DNA from: a virus | Length of the DNA stretch: 58,801 bases | Virus record (IMG/VR): IMGVR_UViG_3300028453_000003 | Reading direction: 5' to 3' (one strand) | In this document: positions 53,086 to 58,801 of the stretch, one piece after another | Position numbering within the stretch: the stretch's first letter is position 1 | Layout: each line of letters opens with the position of its first letter | Notes under the pieces: model-generated | Database searches by the model: none | What the model was told of the DNA's origin: nothing | The model's input: only the letters and a program-made list of their open reading frames with translations | Translations under genes and position numbers: made by a program

Positions 53086-53334
53086 TTATTTCACCTCTAC
53101 TCTAACGAAATAAATCAAGTATGAATCCCTTAAATCATACAATACTCTTTCAACATCCATCTTCGGAAACCTACTGAAAATAGTCCTTGCTTGAACTGGA
53201 GAGTTCTTTTTGATATGAGTATAAATATACTTGTCATCTCTGCCAAGCAACTTAACACTCATTTGATTGACTCCCTCTGTTTCAACAACAAGAGTTATGG
53301 TTTCCCAAGAATCTACTTTACCATCAACTATCAT
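53086..53334 (-). CDS. Winged-helix protein candidate
   Basis: The ATG at 53334 overlaps the helicase TGA (ATGA). Confidence 0.35.
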   Translation of the reverse strand: MIVDGKVDSWETITLVVETEGVNQMSVKLLGRDDKYIYTHIKKNSPVQARTIFSRFPKMDVERVLYDLRDSYLIYFVRVEVK

Positions 53335-55205
53335 TGCAACCAACCCAAGTCATAAATAGGATCAGACTTCATAAGTGTTTCAAAAAACAATTCGCTTTTC
53401 TTGGTTATCTTACGATTTTCATCTATGAAATCTTGGAGTTCATCTTCTATTCCACGATAGTTTTTCAAGAGTAAGTCTTTGCCTTTTTCAAGATTATCTC
53501 TTGAAAAGTTTGGTTCGATACGATTTACTTTGCTACCATCGTAGAGATGCCCATTGATTGCATATACTGGTGCTTTGTTATCCTCACCAATGCAGATAAG
53601 GTAGTTATTGTCATACAACTTCCTAATCTTCTGCTCAATGTCATTACGATTGGTTGAGTACCATCTTCGGCTACCATATTCACTTTTCAAATACCTTGTA
53701 GTGAAAAAGTATTGATGTTCATCTGTATTCTCTGAAAGCCAATCAACATCTTTACTACCCTCTAAAGTACCAACATTGAACTTGACAGTTTCCTCATAGT
53801 TCGCAGTAGACTTGCTATTGCCAACATTATAAACATCAAACTCATTGAAAATACCATTAATGAGTTTAACCTCATTCGGTAGCAAGTTGTTATTGTTGTC
53901 AAAGATGGTTAATGCAGTTCTCACATCTTGCTTACTTGCCAATAGTAGTGGATGTTTTTCACCATACTCTTCGTGATAAACACACTTACCCTTATTAAGT
54001 GTACAACTTAACTTCAAAATAGAATTGAACTCATCAACTTTCCTATTGAAGTCATCGATAGTTCCGATATATTCAACTATGTCATACATATAAAGGTCAA
54101 ACATATCCACATCGGTTTTTTCATTTGCAAGGAAATGAACTAATCCTTGAACACTCTCTGTATCCATTTCAACTTGTCTAATCTCATTAGCATATGAACC
54201 TTGATTATTCATAATGGATTTGAAAGTTACCAAGTCCATAGGGTCTACGAATGGTGGAGTAATGATGATTGACCTACTCTTCTCTTGCTCATTTATTATA
54301 TCTTCGTGAGCAGTAGTGTAAGCCAAACAAGGATAACCTTTAACCCATTGCTCTTCAGTAACATTTTCATTACTGTTATCCACTACACCTCTTTCAATAT
54401 AACCATCAGTTGAAAGTTGTTTCAGTAAATCTCTCATATCAATCGTGTTTTGGTCTGAATTACTTCCTCCAAGATCCCCTATGTAAAAGATATGCCCAGT
54501 AAGGTCTTGGTGGTTATACTTTCTAAAAAAGTATGCCACACTTTTAGCACCATAGTGAACTCTTTCTTGTGGTATGAATTTCAAGGCAGTTTCAAGGATA
54601 TGGGATTTACCAGAGGCTTGAGAACCAACTGCTATCACATTAGTTCCCTTGTAGCCAAGATAAGTTTGTAGGAAACCAAAGAATGCTCTTAACACTTCAA
54701 TGGTTAATCCAACACCAAGCCCATCACAGATTTTAGTAACAAACTCCAATGGTGTAAAACCCAACTCAATACATCGCTTACTGAATTGTTGATATAGTGG
54801 TGGGTATTTCCTACCCATTTGGATTAACTGCTTGATTTCATCAATCTCTAACTGTTCATCATTAGCGATTTGCTTGGCTTCTTGAAAATTACCACAAACA
54901 TTGCTACGAAGAGTTTCAAGGTCAGACAATATCCTTTCAATATATTCTACCTTGTATTCATCAGATGACATTCCAAGACTTGACTCATCTTGTCGCATAA
55001 GTTCCAAGATGTCATCGTGTCGGATTTTCTTTTCAAGATAAACCAATATTTTTCTACCACTATTGGATTTGGAGAAAGAAGTTACTTGCTTATCACTTGA
55101 AAATATAATATCTTGCCTTTTCCCACGAATAGCAATAATATTATACTTTTTAGCACTTGTAGGGATAATATCAAGAGATAAACTCTTTGTTACTTCAATT
55201 ACCAT
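53331..55205 (-). CDS. P-loop NTPase, putative replicative helicase
   Basis: Walker A VGSQASGKSH and Walker B-like IFYIGDLGG, about 620 aa, positioned near the PrimPol gene. Confidence 0.6.
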   Translation of the reverse strand: MVIEVTKSLSLDIIPTSAKKYNIIAIRGKRQDIIFSSDKQVTSFSKSNSGRKILVYLEKKIRHDDILELMRQDESSLGMSSDEYKVEYIERILSDLETLRSNVCGNFQEAKQIANDEQLEIDEIKQLIQMGRKYPPLYQQFSKRCIELGFTPLEFVTKICDGLGVGLTIEVLRAFFGFLQTYLGYKGTNVIAVGSQASGKSHILETALKFIPQERVHYGAKSVAYFFRKYNHQDLTGHIFYIGDLGGSNSDQNTIDMRDLLKQLSTDGYIERGVVDNSNENVTEEQWVKGYPCLAYTTAHEDIINEQEKSRSIIITPPFVDPMDLVTFKSIMNNQGSYANEIRQVEMDTESVQGLVHFLANEKTDVDMFDLYMYDIVEYIGTIDDFNRKVDEFNSILKLSCTLNKGKCVYHEEYGEKHPLLLASKQDVRTALTIFDNNNNLLPNEVKLINGIFNEFDVYNVGNSKSTANYEETVKFNVGTLEGSKDVDWLSENTDEHQYFFTTRYLKSEYGSRRWYSTNRNDIEQKIRKLYDNNYLICIGEDNKAPVYAINGHLYDGSKVNRIEPNFSRDNLEKGKDLLLKNYRGIEDELQDFIDENRKITKKSELFFETLMKSDPIYDLGWLQ

Positions 55206-55253
55206 CACTTAACACCTTATTTTTAATTTAAACATAAAACTACACCTAAATAT

Positions 55254-55288
55254 AAAAAAAGCGAAAAACCTAATTAAAGATTTTTCGC
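55254..55288 (-). terminator. Hairpin plus T7
   Basis: gcgaaaaa/tttttcgc stem (55261-55268/55281-55288) enclosing the stop codon, followed in minus sense by seven T. Confidence 0.55.
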
Positions 55289-55828
55289 AATTGGGAACAT
55301 CTTCCCATTCTTATTGACACCACAATGTACCATACATTCGTAACCATCAAGTGCCTCTTCAAGTTCTTCAACAGTAAACTTGATCCCACCAGTAAAATCG
55401 GATGGTAACTCACCACTTGATATGAAACAAGGTCTGACAAACTCTGCCAATGCAGAGTTGCCACCACATACAAGTACATTTTCCTCTTCCTTATCATGAT
55501 TGCAGAAAAGGAAAAAGGTAACTTCTTGAGCATCATCGATAATCTCAATTTCTTCAACTTCATTTCCAAGATTATCTTCAGTCATTACAACTTTGCCATC
55601 ATCATCAAGTTTCCTTGCACGACATTTTGGCATATCATCAAGGATTGACATTTTAAGGGTAAATAAGGTGTATTTACCAAATTGACCCTCTTTCTCACTA
55701 ATGTACACTTTTTCTACACCACAATGCACACCATCTTTCTTATGCCAACTTTTGACAGAAGATAAAAAGGTATTCATTGTTACTCTATCTTCATCGAATG
55801 AAGATTTTTCTTCTAACATTTCTACCAT
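55274..55828 (-). CDS. First protein of the replication operon, function unknown
   Basis: ATG at 55828 follows gaggtgaaaaaa. The track start at 55837 is GTG. Confidence 0.5.
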   Translation of the reverse strand: MVEMLEEKSSFDEDRVTMNTFLSSVKSWHKKDGVHCGVEKVYISEKEGQFGKYTLFTLKMSILDDMPKCRARKLDDDGKVVMTEDNLGNEVEEIEIIDDAQEVTFFLFCNHDKEEENVLVCGGNSALAEFVRPCFISSGELPSDFTGGIKFTVEELEEALDGYECMVHCGVNKNGKMFPIAKNL

Positions 55829-55893
55829 TTTTTTCACCTCTGAATAAATGTATAATTGTAATCACAAGCAATACTCATTAAACTTGTGATGGA

Positions 55894-55941
55894 TAAGCAA
55901 GTTGGGAATCGAACCCAAATCCAAGACACCAGTCTTTGCTT
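55894..55941 (-). ncRNA. tRNA top-half-like minihelix A
   Basis: Minus sense: AAGCAAA / 16-nt connector / TTGGG-TTCGATT-CCCAA / CTTGCTT-A. The T-arm is canonical and there is no D or anticodon arm. Confidence 0.5.
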
Positions 55942-56021
55942 ACAAGGTTGATATTATGAATAGAGTTTAGAACAAAAAATTGTTCAAGGATGGGGAAAAT
56001 AAGCAAAAACCCATCCTTAAA

Positions 56022-56071
56022 GTGCTTGGGTAGGAGTTGCACCTACTGGATCAACTGTCTTGACCAAGCAC
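56022..56071 (-). ncRNA. tRNA top-half-like minihelix C (degenerate T-loop)
   Basis: Minus sense: GTGCTTGG / TCAAGACAGTTGATCCA / GTAGG-TGCAACT-CCTAC / CCAAGCAC. Confidence 0.4.
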
Positions 56072-56108
56072 GAGAGGTCTAAAATTATGAAGTGCCACTA
56101 CAATTTCA

Positions 56109-56249
56109 GTTGGGTAGTGGTAGCAGTAACTCCTTTAAAAATTTTAAAAGGGGTGTAATTGATTTATATGAGTAATTTTTGGGGTGATTTAACAATATGA
56201 ACAAAGATTCGTGTTTAATCCATCGGAGTTACTGCTATCACTATCCAAC
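56109..56249. repeat. 25-bp inverted repeat enclosing 91 nt
   Basis: gttgggtagtggtagcagtaactcc (56109-56133) pairs with ggagttactgctatcactatccaac (56225-56249). The two mismatches are G-T on the plus strand. Confidence 0.85.
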
Positions 56250-56416
56250 CAAATGGTTGGTGGTAAAGTTCGGATAATAAAATAATTAATCTTTTAGTCA
56301 ATTTTTGCATTATTTTAATAATTCTTATTTCAATACTCTACGAACCTTACCAATTGAGTATTCATAGAAAATCAAATTATCTAATTTTTAATAGTTTTCA
56401 TATTCTATAAAAAATA

Positions 56417-56695
56417 GGGTAGCATAATGGTGTTCTCCACCACTACCCCTTTTCCAATCCGAATAGGATTAGTCATTCAATTGCATTAATCAAATCTGAA
56501 AGTTTTTATAATCATGATTACATTAATTATTAAAAGAATGCAATTGAAAGCCATAGCCAAGTGTTGAAACTTGGAGTTGGAAAAAAATGTAAAAGCCAAC
56601 TTGCCGACCATCTATGGCAACCATTTTCCCACTTATATAACACCTTTAATATTCGGAATTGCTTGGAGAATATGGTTAAATGCTCCAAACAATCC
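56417..56695. ncRNA. Cluster of abutting perfect hairpins and a three-way junction (candidate structured RNA)
   Basis: Nested hairpin at 56417-56448. Hairpin aatcc/ggatt at 56456-56470. 11-bp stem at 56477-56487/56537-56547 with an inner 12-bp palindrome. 7-bp closing stem at 56550-56556/56612-56618 around two 6-bp hairpins. Extended hairpin at 56655-56695. Confidence 0.45.
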
Positions 56696-56698
56696 AAT

Positions 56699-56747
56699 GA
56701 GCGATGGTGGGAATCGAACCCACCAAGACAATCACCAGTTAATCGCT
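56699..56747 (-). ncRNA. tRNA top-half-like minihelix B
   Basis: Minus sense: AGCGATT / AACTGGTGATTGTCTTG / GTGGG-TTCGATT-CCCAC / CATCGCT-C. Confidence 0.5.
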
Positions 56748-56912
56748 CTATTTTTGGAGGAAAAATCTAATTGACATTTTAGATTGTAAAAATTGTTACT
56801 AAAAATAAAAATGACATGCACCATACAAGTGAAACACAAGCAACTATCTTGAAATCTCTTGTACGAACCTTTACACCATTATCCCTTTGAGGATATAATG
56901 TTTTAGGTTGCA

Positions 56913-57032
56913 TTATTTACCACCTTTGTAATCTTTTCTTTGAAGTTTTAAAATCTGTACAAAGGCATCGTACTCTTGTGGGGTCATATCGACTCTCACG
57001 AATTTATTAGAAATAGTTTTATCTACTTTCAT
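56913..57032 (-). CDS. Ribbon-helix-helix protein (Cro-like candidate, 39 aa)
   Basis: gaggtgaaatttt RBS. Translation: MKVDKTISNKFVRVDMTPQEYDAFVQILKLQRKDYKGGK. Confidence 0.5.
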   Translation of the reverse strand: MKVDKTISNKFVRVDMTPQEYDAFVQILKLQRKDYKGGK

Positions 57033-57149
57033 AAAATTTCACCTCTACTTTCCAAAGATTCTTTTGGTATGGCAGTACCCATCTAAATCTTCGTTGATAA
57101 TACTTTCATCAAAGTAATATATAAATGTTTGCATAATGCTTTATAGTAA

Positions 57150-57177
57150 TACAATATATATTGTAGTATATAATACA
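57150..57177. promoter_or_regulatory. Operator-like palindromes in the divergent intergenic region
   Basis: 16-bp perfect palindrome tacaatatatattgta (57150-57165). TACAA/TTGTA half-sites recur at 57173-57177. Confidence 0.5.
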
Positions 57178-57246
57178 ATTTTCTATTTGAAAAATATAGC
57201 AAACAATAAAAACAACAATAAACATAATAAAATATGGTGATAAAAA

Positions 57247-57417
57247 ATGAGCAAAAATGTATCAATGTTGAATGTAAGGATTAGCAACGAACTGAAAAAA
57301 GAGTTGAAACTAATCGCAGTCTACGAGGAAACTACTGTTAGCGATGTTGTGATTGGCTTCCTTGAATATGGGATCAAGGTTTATCATAATGAGCAAAAAC
57401 TTATTAAAGATAAATAA
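57247..57417 (+). CDS. Ribbon-helix-helix (CopG-like) regulator, repressor candidate
   Basis: Translation: MSKNVSMLNVRISNELKKELKLIAVYEETTVSDVVIGFLEYGIKVYHNEQKLIKDK. It is one of the two plus-strand genes I accept and is divergent from the early genes. Confidence 0.6.
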   Translation: MSKNVSMLNVRISNELKKELKLIAVYEETTVSDVVIGFLEYGIKVYHNEQKLIKDK

Positions 57418-57424
57418 TATAATA

Positions 57425-57571
57425 ATGTATTGTGCAATCAAAGAACATATTATTTCACCTCTACTTTCTGGAATAACTATTTTTTTTGCATTGCATATTA
57501 TTGGGGGTGCAATGGCAGTTGCACCTCCTTTTTTACCACCATCATATTTTTCTGTTTTTATTTATATTTAA
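57425..57571 (+). CDS. Small membrane protein (48 aa) downstream of the RHH gene
   Basis: Translation: MYCAIKEHIISPLLSGITIFFALHIIGGAMAVAPPFLPPSYFSVFIYI. This is the in-frame tail of track ORF 57353-57571. Confidence 0.3.
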   Translation: MYCAIKEHIISPLLSGITIFFALHIIGGAMAVAPPFLPPSYFSVFIYI

Positions 57572-57643
57572 AATGAGTATTAGAGAGCATTTGAAAACTA
57601 AAATTATAACAATTGTTATATTGTAATTTAAAAAAAGAGAAGA

Positions 57644-57673
57644 GAATGTTGATGTTATAATTCTTCAACATTC
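57644..57673. terminator. Hairpin between convergent genes
   Basis: gaatgttga/tcaacattc stem (57644-57652/57665-57673). The loop contains the int stop codon. Confidence 0.4.
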
Positions 57674-58746
57674 ACATCAAATACTTGAACCAATTCCAAC
57701 AACTTGTCGATTTTTTGTTCGTTCCTTTCAAATTCTCTTCGTTGTTGATTAATAACACTTGATTCGTGGTTTATAAGTACATTGTTCATTGCATTTATGT
57801 ACTTATGTTTCAATTCTACGGGGTTCTTCTTCAAGTAGATTTCCCTTATCTTGCCTCTGCTCCTACCTTGGATGAAATCAACTTCGGCTTCAGAAAGTGC
57901 ATTTTCACCATTGCAAAGCATAGTTGCATTGAACTTTCGTAGCATATGGCTTCTGAAACGATTGTAGATTCCGACTTTGCCTAAACCGAGAATATCATTG
58001 ATTTGACCCATTAAGTAATTGATGTAATTACTGCTCACTTTGAATAGTGGTGAGTCGAGTTCAAGTTTACGATTGGCATTTAGGAGCATTTTCACTATTT
58101 CGTGTACTGCTTCAGGTGAACAGAATGTGTAATAATATTCATTCACTTTTCCTCTTTTCATTGTGAAAGTTGGTATTATCATTTCTTCACTTGAGTATAA
58201 TTCAATTAGCATTTCTTTGATTGATTTGCTTTCATCAAGTTTTCCACAACTTTCAAGGAACTGCCCAACAGTCAAACTTAAACATTCTGCCTTTGCCATT
58301 CCACTACTGCATTGTAGTAGTATAAATGCTCTCATCATTAGGCTACTGAAGTCAAGGGCTTCTCTAATGATTGATTTTGTTGGCAAGTCTTTGAAGCCTA
58401 TTGGTTTTTCTTTTCTTATGTTTTTATCGCTCATATATGGTAGTGTTGGTATTTCTATTTCAAAGTGGCGATAGAAACTTTTTACTTGTGTCATCTTGTT
58501 TTGGATAGTGTGTTTGCTATCTTTTTCTACGATGTATTTTCGGTAGTTTACGAGTCTTTGTCTTAAGGTTCTTTTTTTGAGTCTGATGCCCTCTTCTTCT
58601 TCGTTGTCTGCTTCTTCGATGAGTTCATCGAGGCTCATTTGGTTGTATTTTGTATATTCTCTTAGGCTTGTTTTGTATTGTTTTATGGTTGCTTTGGAAA
58701 GGTTTCTTTCTGCAACAAATTGTTCAAAGTAATGACTTTCTTTCAT
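57655..58746 (-). CDS. int: Tyrosine recombinase / integrase
   Basis: N-terminal SAM-like domain (LSKATIKQYKTSLREYTKY). C-terminal RSHMLRKFNATML (HxxR) and GRSRGKIREIYLK (catalytic Tyr). Confidence 0.85.
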   Translation of the reverse strand: MKESHYFEQFVAERNLSKATIKQYKTSLREYTKYNQMSLDELIEEADNEEEEGIRLKKRTLRQRLVNYRKYIVEKDSKHTIQNKMTQVKSFYRHFEIEIPTLPYMSDKNIRKEKPIGFKDLPTKSIIREALDFSSLMMRAFILLQCSSGMAKAECLSLTVGQFLESCGKLDESKSIKEMLIELYSSEEMIIPTFTMKRGKVNEYYYTFCSPEAVHEIVKMLLNANRKLELDSPLFKVSSNYINYLMGQINDILGLGKVGIYNRFRSHMLRKFNATMLCNGENALSEAEVDFIQGRSRGKIREIYLKKNPVELKHKYINAMNNVLINHESSVINQQRREFERNEQKIDKLLELVQVFDVNVEEL

Positions 58747-58801
58747 ATAATCACCTATCTTCTTTTTGTTAGGTATTATATTTTGGTGTGGGTTATTATG
58801 A
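58675..58801. repeat. Second copy of the terminal direct repeat (identical to 1-127)
   Basis: Identical sequence read directly. Confidence 0.95.

Noticed and set aside
55894-56747. Calling the T-arm-containing elements genuine tRNA genes (including split or intron-containing forms)
   Set aside because: The complementary 5' acceptor strand sits only 16-17 nt upstream of the T-stem. No D arm and no 7-nt anticodon loop with U33 can be drawn, and I found no upstream partner for a split or intron-containing tRNA.
56561-56774. Plus-strand ORFs 56561-56770 and 56571-56774
   Set aside because: They cross the three-way-junction helices and the tRNA-like minihelix B. One starts at GTG, neither has an RBS, and the helices explain the sequence better.
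57083-57424. ORF 57083-57265 (minus) and the N-terminal part of ORF 57353-57571 (plus)
   Set aside because: The first spans the AT-rich operator spacer from a TTG start. The second starts at TTG inside the RHH gene in another frame. Only its distal ATG-initiated part (57425-57571) is retained, at low confidence.
1-58801. Diversity-generating retroelement, retron, CRISPR-Cas or toxin-antitoxin defence loci
   Set aside because: I recognised no reverse transcriptase, Cas protein or classic TA pair in any frame. The fibre-gene similarity is modular, not a template/variable repeat pair.

Overview
The window is a complete, circularly closed viral genome. Bases 1-127 repeat exactly at 58675-58801, so the unique length is 58,674 bp. 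I read it as a temperate, siphovirus-like tailed archaeal virus of a pseudomurein-walled methanogen (Methanobacteriales, probably Methanobrevibacter-like). The host call rests on a PeiW/PeiP-type pseudomurein endoisopeptidase with a pseudomurein-binding repeat, a TFIIB/TFB-type Zn-ribbon protein, DUF11- and adhesin-like beta-sandwich domains, GGTGA-type ribosome-binding sites and low G+C. Almost every gene is on the minus strand. In transcription order (descending coordinates) the modules are: integrase (57655-58746) with a divergent pair of ribbon-helix-helix genes; a roughly 1-kb ORF-free, structure-rich locus (55860-56900); a replication and nucleotide module (helicase, PrimPol, ERCC4 nuclease, DNA methyltransferase, dCTP deaminase, metallophosphoesterase, three HNH nucleases); a dense block of small, translationally coupled genes that includes a large MSEKRF / LNEQQATI paralog family (38.4-45.2 kb); a control region with iterons, a G-rich island and an IR-flanked promoter module (37.1-38.4 kb); four very AT-rich gene cassettes that share one promoter-leader module (34.3-37.1 kb); a 1.25-kb repeat-rich non-coding hinge; and the late operon (TFB-like Zn ribbon, TerS, TerL, portal, capsid, tail, tape measure, large adhesin-like tail-tip proteins, fibres, endoisopeptidase). 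The candidates most worth follow-up are three tRNA top-half minihelices inside an ornate non-coding locus, two inverted-repeat-flanked promoter/terminator segments that look like invertible switches, the AT-rich cassette array, and the paralogous small-gene family. Functional calls come from motif recognition by eye, with no database search. Several ORF-track starts are TTG/GTG artefacts and have been moved to ATG codons preceded by an RBS.
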